From the NCBI RefSeq assembly GCF_001194135.2, contig NC_068985.1, positions 50,128,414 through 50,173,126 on the forward strand: a stretch of DNA of 44,713 bases, given 5' to 3'. Both the position numbers and the translations under genes were made by a program. Under the pieces are notes generated by a model. That model saw only the letters and a program-made list of their open reading frames with translations, had not been told where the DNA came from and searched no databases. Below, piece after piece: positions 24,490 through 34,989 of this stretch. Position 1 is the first letter of the stretch, and each line of letters starts with the position of its first letter. The stretch comes from Octopus bimaculoides (taxonomy: Eukaryota).

Positions 24490-25024
24490 GTTGTGTCCAC
24501 TACTCTGATTGGTTGGTACTGGCACGATTTGTTTGTTACTCGATTGCGCCAGCTGCCATATATAACCAGTCGGAAGCCCTAAATAGGATCACATGGGATA
24601 GTCTGCTTGCCAATCTGTTTTGAGCTTACAGCTCCTTACAAAAATCCAGCTTTTCCTCGATTCGAAGTTTTTGGTTGTAGACCTTTTAAGACACAGTCAG
24701 TTCCAGAGACAACGCCAGCCAAACACCACTACATGTTGAGACTTATCAGCTTCGTCCAACAGCATTACGGCAACCTCTTCGTCGCCACCATCATGTCCTT
24801 AACGTCGTCAACATCATCTCTTTACGTACACAGCTCAGCAAGCAATTCACCCAGGTTCCAACACTTCACTGTTCGTAAATTACTTCACCTCGGATCAACA
24901 ACGAATATACAATCTGCATGAACTCCTTTATCAAGCGACCCAGGCAGCAACATCACAGCCACAACCTCACATACGATATGTACCTGTAACCGTCTCAGCA
25001 TCATGGCCGCGACTTCTTGTTACA
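24490..25024 (+). mobile_element. Possible solo LTR
   Basis: About 530 bp, more GC-rich than its flanks, starts near TGTG and ends TGTTACA, with ATTGG and TATATAA inside; no TSD found. Confidence 0.25.
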
Positions 25025-25039
25025 GTATTTCAACTACTG

Positions 25040-25885
25040 TGTACTATTTTCAACGAACTGGTACGTCAGTGATTAGTAGAAAAATTTTTGTATTCGAATT
25101 TATTTCATGTAAAAAATTGTCTTATTTCGATAATTTCTACTAATCACTGACGTCTATTCAGTTGAAAATAGTTAGCGCTGTAACGGTGTATATCGTATTA
25201 ATCCCCTAACCCTAACTAGACTGTTAACCGTAACCNNNNNNNNNNNNNNNNNNNNNNNNNNNNNNNNNNNNNNNNNNNNNNNNNNNNNNNNNNNNNNNNN
25301 NNNNNNNNNNNNNNNNNNNNNNNNNNNNNNNNNNNNNNNNNNNNNNNNNNNNNNNNNNNNNNNNNNNNNNNNNNNNNNNNNNNNNNNNNNNNNNNNNNNN
25401 NNNNNNNNNNNNNNNNNNNNNNNNNNNNNNNNNNNNNNNNNNNNNNNNNNNNNNNNNNNNNNNNNNNNNNNNNNNNNNNNNNNNNNNNNNNCGTAACCGT
25501 AACCCCAACCCTAAAACTAACCCTAACTCTAGAATCCGAACTCTAAAATTGTTACACACATAGATACGCACAGCGTAATTTATTATATAAACAATATATG
25601 CGTATAAATTACGATTAAACCGGATGAAATATGTCACAGGGAATAACATTTTTATGACCGCCCAGCAGTAACTCTATTCAGCTGAATAGACGTCAGTGAT
25701 TGGTTGAAATTACAGAAATACGACAACTTTAACATGGAATAACTTGCGATGTACGTTTTTTTGTTAAGAAGACTAAGAGTAAAAGATGTTTTATATGACA
25801 CATTCTACCAGTGGCCCAAGTTTCAAAGTGTTTCGTTAGTGTTTCGTTAAGAAAATACTGGCGCCCCCGTTTTGAAATAGATCCT
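25040..25885. mobile_element. Rearranged or truncated foldback element with CCCTAA-like core (same family as 26229-26931)
   Basis: Right arm gctgaatagacgtcagtgattggttgaaattacagaaatacgacaac...aaagtgtttcgttaagaaa is almost identical to 26745-26900; core interrupted by an N gap. Confidence 0.75.
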
Positions 25886-26228
25886 CATTTTTGTGTCTAT
25901 AAACTTACTTCTCACTTCGATTGCTATAGACTTTTTCATTGCTATCCTTAAATATTCTTAACACACGTGCATACATCTATGCCTACACACATCCACTTTG
26001 TTCTCATGATGCACATACAGACACACATGTTAATTTATCAATAAATCTTCTCTTAATCTTTCTTACGCGGTTGTGTCTCTTTTTCCATCTGGCACTTATA
26101 TGCTCCATTCATTTTCTCTCTATTGTAACAGGTTGTGTGAGGCCGTATGTGAGAGCCATACTCGTCACCTCACATCGCACGGCCCTTACACACATATATA
26201 TGCGTATGTATCTATAGATATTTCATTA

Positions 26229-26931
26229 GAATCTTTGTGATTTGACAGGCAATATTTTTTTTATGTAGTGTTTTTGATACCGAAACACTTTCAAACTTCG
26301 AATACTTGTATATTTTGTGTTATAGAACAGATACAAAATTTTATATTCTAAGTTATTTCATGTAAAAAAATTGTATTTCGGTAATTTCAACCAATCACTG
26401 ACGTTTATTGAGGTGAAAATAATTACGCCGGGGAATGTAAACAACGGTGTTACGGGATTTTTTTCCCTTGAATAAAATTAGTGCCGTTGTTTGTCAACAA
26501 CTATCAGTGGTATATATTTCGTTTGTTACTGTTATTTATGACATCGTTCGTGCGTTTGTACTGGTTTTAGAGTTAGGGTTAGTTTTAGGATTACGGTTAG
26601 GGCTATGATTATTTTTGCCATAACCTTAACTCTAACCCTATAACTCATAACCCTAACCCCAGCCCTAAAACCTTACTAGGGAATAATGATATAATTAAAC
26701 AGGGAATAACACACTTGACACCGAACAGCACTAACTGTATTTAGCTGAATAGACGTCAGTGATTGGTTGAAATTACAGAAATACGACAACTTTAACATGA
26801 AATAACTTGAGATATACAATTTTTTGTTAAGGTTAAGAGAAGTTGTTTTATATGACACATTCTACCAGTGTCCCAAGTTTGAAAGTGTTTCGTTAAGAAA
26901 ACAAGTGTTGCCCGTCAAATCACAAAGATCC
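26229..26931. mobile_element. Non-autonomous foldback DNA transposon with long TIRs, 8-bp TSD and telomere-like core
   Basis: Ends gaatctttgtgatttgacaggcaa / ttgcccgtcaaatcacaaagatcc; TSD tttcatta at 26221-26228 and 26932-26939. Inverted blocks extend about 200 bp; TTAGGG-like then CCCTAA-like arrays at about 26570-26670. Confidence 0.85.
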
Positions 26932-27320
26932 TTTCATTAAATACCTGACTGCGTTCAAGGATATTTCATTAAATACCTGACTGTGTTCAAGTTTTATTGA
27001 ATAGATTTGGTATCTGCGTTGTTTCTCATATACTGAGAAAATAAAAAAATGACGCCAAATATATTTAATTCTCGAAATTGAGACTGCGAAGATCTGGATG
27101 CTTCGAATATGAATTTAGGAACTGTGATAGTTGCATTGAGTTACTGATTTGGTATCCTGATATGTATAGAGAACTCTCAAAGGAAGTCTCGTGCAGCGAC
27201 GTGGAAATCATAACAGGAGAACACTACTAGGAACGGTCCAGAGCCGTTCTCGAAAAGTGACCTGTGTAACTTGTAGTTATGAATATTCAGCATTTGCTCA
27301 ATAGAGTGAAACACAACACA

Positions 27321-27335
27321 TGGTGACTAGGATGG
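27321..27335 (+). promoter_or_regulatory. Primer-binding site (tRNA-Ser-GCT type) of the Gypsy element
   Basis: tggtgactaggatgg directly follows an LTR-like ...acaca end. It differs at 2 positions from TGGCGACGAGGATGG, the complement of the tRNA-Ser(GCT) 3' end. Confidence 0.75.
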
Positions 27336-28653
27336 CAACCAGAAAACATTTAAACTTAAACAACTTGGAAGAAGTTAATGCCTGGCTGATACAGTTCGAA
27401 GCAAAAATTGAATGCGATGATGCTGAAGATGTCAAAAAGAAGCCAACGTTTCTTTCTACCTGTGGAGTTGAAGTCATTATGAAGTTAAAGATGTTTTTTT
27501 TTCCCTGGTAAGCCTTCAGAATGCAACATACCAACAAATAATGAATGCGTTGCAACAACTAATAAGGCCGAAAGAGAGACTAATTGCGGACAAATGAAAA
27601 TTATTGGAACTGAAGCAACTAAATGAATCAATCAACGACTTCCTTTTTAGGATTAATTTTCAAGCTTCCTTCTAGCATTTGAATAGGCTGAAAGGAAATC
27701 TCGAAGAAATCATGAAACTCATTTTCATCGCGGGATTATCGTCGGCAGAGGTAAAGTTAAAAATTGTGGATCAGTTACGGTGTTATTCTAAAATGAAATA
27801 CTGAAATAGCTGCTCTCGCATCCACCATTGAAGCGGAAACGCTATTTGCGAGTAGTCGACAAACTATAACAAACTTTAATACGAACAAGAATATCCCCAG
27901 TACTAGTTGTCACGTTGTACTGAAATGTCGAAATCGTGAGTGTATACAAAGCTCGTGCATGTCCAGCATATGGGAAAAATTGTAATAAGGGTGGCAAATT
28001 AGGGCATTTTGCAAGATTTAGGCGATCTAGAAACAGTCACCGTGTGAACTACATAGATGTATTTCCGAGCGAGACTGGATCTGTCGACAGTTTGTTGCTA
28101 AACGTGAACAACAATGAGAGTGTAGATAAAATGGGTTTTGCAAGTGCTTTATGAATAACAAAAGCATAGTTATGAAAGTGGATACTGGGACAGTTTGTTC
28201 GATAGTCCTGTTATCATTTGCTTCATAGTTAGATATCCCAATCGAATCATACCACAATAGATTAACCACTTTTGATGGTTCAGATCTAAAGGTTGTTGGA
28301 TCTATCCGAGTGATATTTAATCTCTACAACACCGACAAGTCACGAAAATTTAATGCATACTAATTTGGGGCCGATTGGAAAAGATAATAAAGATAATTCA
28401 TTTTGTTTCAGTTTGAAAATGGATGTGTTCCCAGGGGTTAAAGGTTTTATGACCCGAGTTATTTGCTCTGATGCGAGATATAGCGTGATGAGTTTGGCGA
28501 GACGCATTCCAGTACATTTGGAAAGAGAAGTTAAAGATGAATTGAAGAGGTTGGAGATGATGGGTATCATCACGCCGTCGGATTACTCTGGAGTCAGATC
28601 TGCCTCACCTGTGGTATGGCTGAAAGCAAAAGATGGATCTCTTCGCATGTGTG

Positions 28654-28791
28654 CACTAGCGTAGCTAGAGTATGTGTCGCCCGGGGCTGACCTTCTGTTT
28701 GCTGCCCCCGGACCCCACAAAAATCACATATTGCCTACAACAAGATGAAAAGTGCCGCCTGGGGCGGTCTGCCCCATCCGCTACGCTAGTG
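28654..28791. mobile_element. 138-bp hAT-type MITE inserted in Gypsy RT
   Basis: Perfect 12-bp TIR cactagcgtagc/gctacgctagtg; perfect 8-bp TSD catgtgtg (28646-28653, 28792-28799); removal restores GSLRMCVDCK. Confidence 0.93.
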
Positions 28792-29958
28792 CATGTGTGT
28801 CGATTGCAAAGCTCATTTAAATGCACATGTTGACACTTATTCTCCGGTATGTCAGGTGCGAAATTTTTCTCCTCTCTCAATTTAAAGCATGCGTATTTGG
28901 CAAATACCCTTAGCGGAGGAAGCAAGGCGTATTTGCGTTATTAATGCAACCAATGGTCTGTACTTGGTTAACAGACTTCAAATGGGACTTAAGAATTCGA
29001 GTAACATATTTCAGAACTGCATGGAAGCTCTGCTAAAAAGGATCGAAGGAGTCATGATACACCAAAATGATATTCTCATCTATGCGAGTAGCGAAGCAAA
29101 TTTGAGGAACAGAAAAAATGCGGTAGTTGCAAGGCTAGCCAAGGTACAATTCTCTATTAACAAAGAAAAGTCATTCTTCAGAAGAAATTTGACTTTTCTG
29201 GGAATGAAAATATCTGAAGAAGGTAGTTCTCCATCCCAGGAATTGGTAGCAAAACTAAAGGACATACAAGTACCAAAATCGAAGGAAAATATTGACAAAA
29301 TATTGGGTCAGATGAATTACTATAGATTTGTCTCGGCATATGCTGAAAGAATAGAACCACTTTTATCAGCTAGATCTACAGAATTGAAGTGGGGTAAAGA
29401 GCAATGCGAAGCCTTTCATATGCTTATCACTCATCTTTTGGAGGCTCCAGTCTTGTAACCGTACTCAATGGAGAAGATAAGCTCTCTCACTCTAGAAGCA
29501 TCCTTGATTGCAGTAGCTGGAGTGTTATCCAGAAAGGACTCCCTGTAGCATTCATAAGCTACACCTTCAGCCAGGCACAACGAAATTGGTCGAACATAGA
29601 GAGAGAAGCTTATGCAGTGGTATGGTGCGTGGATAGACCGCGGCATTTCTTTCTAGGAAAGCAGTTTTATCTGGAAACAGATTACCAGTCTTTGAAAACC
29701 CTGTTCGCGAAGGATTTAGATGTATCTTGACACACCTCGCAAAAAATAGCCAGGTGGAGTTTGATGCTATCACAGTAAGATTTCGTTGTTAAGTATGTTA
29801 CGGGTAAAAGTATTCCGCACGTCGATGTCTTCTCTCGATTGAGGTATAATGAGACTAACGATGGTGATATCATTTCCTTTGCTCCGCATTTAGACAAATG
29901 CGACAGTGCGTGGCAGGACATCGATTCCGTAATGATGGAAGGCATCCGAAAACAATTA

Positions 29959-30147
29959 CAGTAAGCCCTCGTCAGTTCACCTATCGCGCACTCAGTACAT
30001 CGCGGCTAATATATGTAAATTTATATCATGGGCTCCTCAGTATATCACGGGTTTCTGCGGCCGATAGGTATTTATATTTTTTTAGATTTTCATTATTTCT
30101 GTGAGAGGTTTTAGAATGTAACACCCGCAATAGTCGAGGGATTACTT
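29959..30147. mobile_element. 189-bp Tigger/pogo-type MITE inserted in the Gypsy RH-IN linker
   Basis: TIR cagtaagccctcg / cgagggattactt (11/13), (T)TA on both sides; removal restores EGIRKQLNENSLYNKIKERILQQNW. Confidence 0.82.
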
Positions 30148-31386
30148 TTAAATGAAAACTCATTATATAATAAAATAAAAGAAAGAATTTTACAGCAAAA
30201 TTGGAGATCGGTCTCGAATCTGGAACGTGCATTTGTTAAACAGAAGGATTTTCTAACATACGAAAATGGCTTAATATATCATAAAAATCGTCCGTTTATT
30301 CCGGTGCTTTATAGAGCTGCGGTATTAGCTAGAATACACGACACACATGGGCATTCAACAAACAATTAATAAGGCACGACCCTGTGTTTGGTGGCCTGGG
30401 TTGGCTTACTCGGTGCAGAAATTTGTCAAATCTTGCGATAGTTGCCAGAGAATTTGGCCAAACTTATTAAAGGCAAATGATTCATGGCCTATTTCTGGGC
30501 CATGAGAATGTGTGCATATGGACTATTCCTGGGCCTTGGGAACGTGTGCATATGGACCAAACATCGGTAACATACTCATAATTGTAGATGCCTATTCAAT
30601 ATGGATCGAGGCGTTCTTGTGTCCTAATCGCTCGACTGAGACGTTAAAAAGCAAGCTGCTGGAGGTCTTTGCTCGTTTTAGAGTGCCCACAGCTTGAGTA
30701 TCGGAGAACGGGCCTGAATTTGTTGCGTTAAAGAATATGTTGTCATCAATGGGTTGCAGAAAGATCGAGATACCTGCTTACAGTCCGGTATCTAACGGCG
30801 CTGCTGAGAGGGCCGTACAAACTGTGAAAGCTGCACTGAAGCATTTTGATCCGAAACAGGGAATTTCGGCAACTACTTGAACAAATTTCTGTTCAACCAT
30901 CGGCGTGCCTCGGGTGGTTGTAAATTATCAACGGCCGAAAAGTTAATGAAAAGACCACTGAGGGTTGCTGTAAACCCATTCTTTGAAATAGGTGGGGATG
31001 TGATACACAAAACCACATTCCACAAGGTTGCAGCCAAGGCAAAATATGTGATACATGCCGGAAATAATACTGCATGGATTAAGAAGGAGGGTCACCAGTG
31101 CAGTTAATGGCAGTTGAGCAACTGGCCCTACTGAACACACGGGAACCAGAACCAGAACTGAGTACAAAACCTGACACAATGGTTCACACTGAGGCTGCAA
31201 GGATGCCTAACTGACGGTGCGACCATACCAAATCCCCGGGCTAGGCATGACACCAACGCCGGAGTCATAGAAGAAGTGGAGCAGCCTATTATTGACAACG
31301 CTATCCGCCTACGCTACAGATCTGTAGTCTCCGAATTGGCTACCCCCTGCCTGGTCTTTGGTTTTGAATGTATGAATGCCATACCC

Positions 31387-31427
<41 letters not shown>

Positions 31428-31429
31428 AA

Positions 31430-32730
31430 CGGTAACTGAACAAACAGTAATAAGGAGTGAAAAATATAAGTAACTGAAAGTAGTTAACAACAAAATTCAA
31501 ATGAAACGTTATCATCTCCATCAATGAACAATTAACTGAGAGAACAATCACCTCACGAATCTACAGAAATCCTACCGACCTGATATTATCCTCAATGGAC
31601 AAAATGTCTGAGGAACAACTCACAGAGATCGTCAATTGGATATTGAATGTTGTATTCTACTGTACTGTGATTACCATTCGCCAACAGTTGGGAATAACAG
31701 ATGGGTTAAACTACCCCCCCCCCAAAAAAAAAACGACAACAAAACAACCAAAATGGATGACATCTGTCCAGAAAAAATATCAAGACTAAGAAAAAATATT
31801 GGACAGTTTGACATTATCATTAAGGGCAAAGTGAATAATAAATTTACTAACTACCAGCTGCGACATTAAAATAAATTGTCTAAGGTCTATAGGAATGTCG
31901 ACAAGAGACTTATGGTCAAGATAATTGCTTTTATACACGAACTGCGATTAGCGAGTGAAAAACTTCGTCATCACAAAAAAGTTTACTAAATCGCCAAGCC
32001 AAGTTTGCACAAAAGGTACAAGTAGCATATCGCAATATGAAACGCCCTATCATCAAGGTCATAGATGCTCCTCTCCAGGATGATCTTGAGTCATGTGTGG
32101 GGAGGAATGTAAACAAACAGTTGTGATACAGTGTGGTTAGATGAGCTCCGAGTGAGTACTGTGCAAATGGCTCTCCCAAAACTTATATGTCATCAGTGAA
32201 ACTGTGTTTACAAAACTACCGAACAGAAAATTACCTGGGAGTGACCTGATAGTCGGTTATTTGTACAGAGAGCTCATGTTTTACAGGTCATTCCTCGTTA
32301 ATCTATTCAAAAGAACAAAAATGCTGAGCTGATAGTTGCACGCACAACACGAGTAGCTAAAAGCCAGGAGATACAGTGACCAAAAACTACAGGCCCATAG
32401 CACCATAGTATGTTTGATTGTGATGTATAACTCATGTACAAGTGAAATGAAACATCCCGCTAGGATTACTGTGAAATACGCGAAGTGGTGACTTATGACC
32501 AGGAAGGAGGAAAGAAAGTAATTTGGGGCTGTACCAAACAGGTCCTAAACAACAAAGGAAACTTATTGTACCTGGTACTGGGCTACGTAATAATAGATCT
32601 GCATGAAAATTTAGAAATGCTGGGGTTCTCCATAAAAGAACCGAGTAAACTGATTTGCATTTCCCAAATACGGCCGATTGAAAGTAGGGAAAAATTTGCA
32701 AAACATTCCATGGGATTTTCATGTGAGGGT
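31430..32730 (+). mobile_element. R4/Dong-like non-LTR retrotransposon, 5'-truncated and internally deleted
   Basis: KQPKWMTSVQKK..LRKNIG; KLPNRKLPGSD; KNYRPIA; DQEGGKKVIWGCTKQV joined directly to LGYV..LHENLEMLGF..GKICKTF..M*, which matches the end of the 18-kb copy. Confidence 0.8.
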
Positions 32731-32789
32731 CCTAGTCTGAACACACACACACACACACACACATTACCAGTAATAATATACACACTTAA

Positions 32790-33560
32790 CTGTTGTCTGT
32801 TTGTTTCCGTCCCCGCAACTTAGCAGTTCGGCAGCTGCAGAATAAGTGCCAGAATTAAAAATATGTTATCGGGTCGATTTGTTCGACTAAATCCTTAAAG
32901 ACGATGCTCTCGCATGGATGCAGTTCAATGACTGAAACAAGTAAAAGAAAAAAAGATAAAAGAAAAAATATATCTTTTATTGTTATAGTTGGGGAAGGTC
33001 ATATTTTTTGCCAATCAACCACACGTTCTTTTTATACATTGTCTTCACTTCAGCTTTATTAGTATTTTTATTTTAGTGTCCTTTGTCTGGAAATCTCCTG
33101 TGACCTCTTCAACGACTCCCCCTCCCCCGTGTCTCTTCCTGTTCTGTTTAGTCCATTCTGAAGTGAAGACCAAGTATAGGGCATGTTATTAATTGGCAAA
33201 ACATATGACCATCCCCAAATATAACAATATCTGTTTCAACACATCAAGAATCTTGCAAAACAAATACACAAACGTATATATATTTTATCTTTTACTTGTT
33301 TCAGTCATTGGGTGCGGCCATGCTGGGACACTGCCTTGAAAGGTTTTAGTAGAACAAAGATAAAAGAAAATATGTCATTTATCTTTTGTTTCAGTCATTG
33401 GACTGCGACCATACAGGGATAGCGCCTTGAAGGGCTTTAGTGGAACAAATGGACACAAGTACTTAGATATACTATATTGGTTAACAATATTTTTTAAAAC
33501 TTGAACTTATTCTATCACTCTCTATTGCCGAACCGCTAATTCACGGGGGATGTAAACAAA
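32790..33560. mobile_element. Opposed SINE family A 3' halves (+ 32790-32970; - 33285-33560)
   Basis: Tail motif cagttcaatgactgaaacaagtaaaag on +, and its reverse complement twice on -. Confidence 0.7.
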
Positions 33561-34045
33561 CCGACACCGTTGGAAAGCTGATTATAGGAGCAACTCCACC
33601 AATTCCTAGGGATATCTGAAGAAGGAATTTCTATTCCGAAATATCATATCAGACTATGGATGATTAAATTACAACAGTTATCATAGTCCATTGTTTGTAT
33701 TATAGTGCATTGTTGTGTCATTCAAAACATTATATCATGAAAAATACCATAAACTTGGTCAAAAAAAAAGCAAACACTCCGGCAGGTTAGTTTGGTCTGC
33801 CTTCGTCCTCAGTTGCCAGGGAGCAGAAAAAGGTGGTTAAAAGATTCGTTTCTGACCCGATTATGAAACCGGACCTAGCAATACGAATCTTCAAACCAAC
33901 CTGTTTTCCATGATGCGAAGTGCGCAAACCTCAAAACCACATCTCCAGGTAACAAAATGCACCTCTCCACGTGCATTTCAGTTCCGTTATCATAAGGATT
34001 ATGAAAGGGAGAATCGGCGCACCCTCTATTACGTCATGATCAGTC

Positions 34046-34340
34046 TTAATCACGGGGCGTACCCCATGATTTCTGTTTTCTTGAGAACCAGAGATGATAG
34101 GAAGCTCTTTCAGCAACGCTACATACTAACTTCTCAAGTGCCTTTGCTTTAGAGCAAGCGCACCAAGTCGGTATAACGAAGGAAGGAGGGTATGCGATGC
34201 GAAACCTCTACAGCCCACCTCTACCGGCTACACTGAAGTTGCCCAACCGTTGTTATCACAAAGCAGTTTTAGTTCCTCGTATTTCCTCATTTTCCTCTAA
34301 TGTGAAGTCTGCGAGGGAAGGGGTACACTCGCGCGCGAAT
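34046..34340 (-). mobile_element. HERO/R2-type non-LTR retrotransposon C-terminal RLE remnant
   Basis: Minus strand VP..H*RKMRKYEEL..C..NGW..V*PVEVGCRGFA..LG, then after a frameshift VAERASYHLWFSRKQKSW..*; fits the HERO-clade RLE C-terminus. Confidence 0.75.
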
Positions 34341-34734
34341 GCGCGCACACCGGCATCGATCCCGGCCAGCCTTGCTATCCAAATAGAATATGCTTCCCCG
34401 CGGATGTCCAATAAGACCGAAACAGGCCAATTAGCTTCAAAGACCAGGTACAACCCAATCTGTATATTGTTCAAAAATTGCTAACAACCGAGCTCATTGT
34501 CTACTAGTTGCACGGATAATAGTTTCAGTCGGCTGGAGATTTTAGTTTACATCTATCAGATTGTGCTATATGGTGCAGTCTTATTATGTCTTTTAAAGAC
34601 AGTAGTATGTGGCTTGAAAGAATTTAGCTGTTATTTCTACCAGGTCAAATGATCGTATAGTGACGCCTATGTGAATGGAATTTTTAGAGGAAGCAGAGAG
34701 AAAGAAAAAAAGCAGAAGCAGATTGTTAGTTGTA

Positions 34735-34835
34735 ACCATGTGACGTCATCAAAGAAGCGGAGTAATTGCAAACGAGAATCTCATTGACGTCTCGTTTCAC
34801 TGAACTTTGTCAGTATTCAGTGCGATCAGCCAATT
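34735..34835 (+). promoter_or_regulatory. G-gamma proximal promoter: M-box/CRE, second CRE-like site, CCAAT
   Basis: catgTGACGTCA (CRE 34741-34748), TGACGTCT at about 34785 and cagCCAAT at about 34827-34834, 60-150 bp upstream of the ATG. Confidence 0.6.
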
Positions 34836-34894
34836 TAAGTATTTCTTCATTCACTCAGTATTTTGTCTGTCAGTAATTGAATTCTACTTCGAAA

Positions 34895-34989
34895 ATGTCT
34901 AGTCAAGTCCAGTCTCTGCAGAAACAACTCTCCCAGTTACGCCAGGAAGCTAGTATCTCTAGAATTCCTGTGTCGCAAGCTATAGAGGA
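34895..34989 (+). CDS. GNG: Heterotrimeric G-protein gamma subunit, first coding exon (MSSQVQSLQKQLSQLRQEASISRIPVSQAIE, phase 2)
   Basis: AAAATG start; QLRxEAxIxRxxVSxA is the G-gamma (GGL) N-terminal helix signature; canonical donor GA|GTAAGT at 34989/34990. The specific paralogue cannot be assigned. Confidence 0.85.

Larger units (their letters stand above)
27160..31330 (+). mobile_element. Decayed Ty3/Gypsy LTR retrotransposon (Mag-like): gag-PR-RT-RH-IN; 3' LTR not found
   Basis: Gag NAWLIQFEAK..TFLSTCG; knuckle CPAYGKNCNKGGKLGHFARF; protease MKVDTG (28181); RT GSLRMC-VD, QIPL..LQMGLKNSS, HQND (decayed YxDD). RH EREAYAVVW..ETD; IN HDTHMG..CDSC, IIVDAYS, SENGPEF, SNGAAERAVQTVK. Many stops and frameshifts. 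Confidence 0.93.

Noticed and set aside
28889-29458. 189-aa RT ORF as an active or standalone reverse transcriptase
   Set aside because: The catalytic YxDD reads HQND, upstream RT is split by a MITE, and flanking domains carry stops; it is part of a dead Gypsy.
34256-34474. AGIDAGVRAF resembles the TnpB/Fanzor RuvC-I motif (GIDPGVR.F)
   Set aside because: The ORF stops about 30 codons later with no RuvC-II, zinc finger or RuvC-III. The same DNA reads in another frame as a HERO-type RLE C-terminus (KYEEL..PVEVGCRGF).
33910-34484. Plus-strand ORFs of 80 and 95 aa upstream of G-gamma
   Set aside because: Antisense read-through of the HERO-like remnant; no recognisable protein features or splice pattern.
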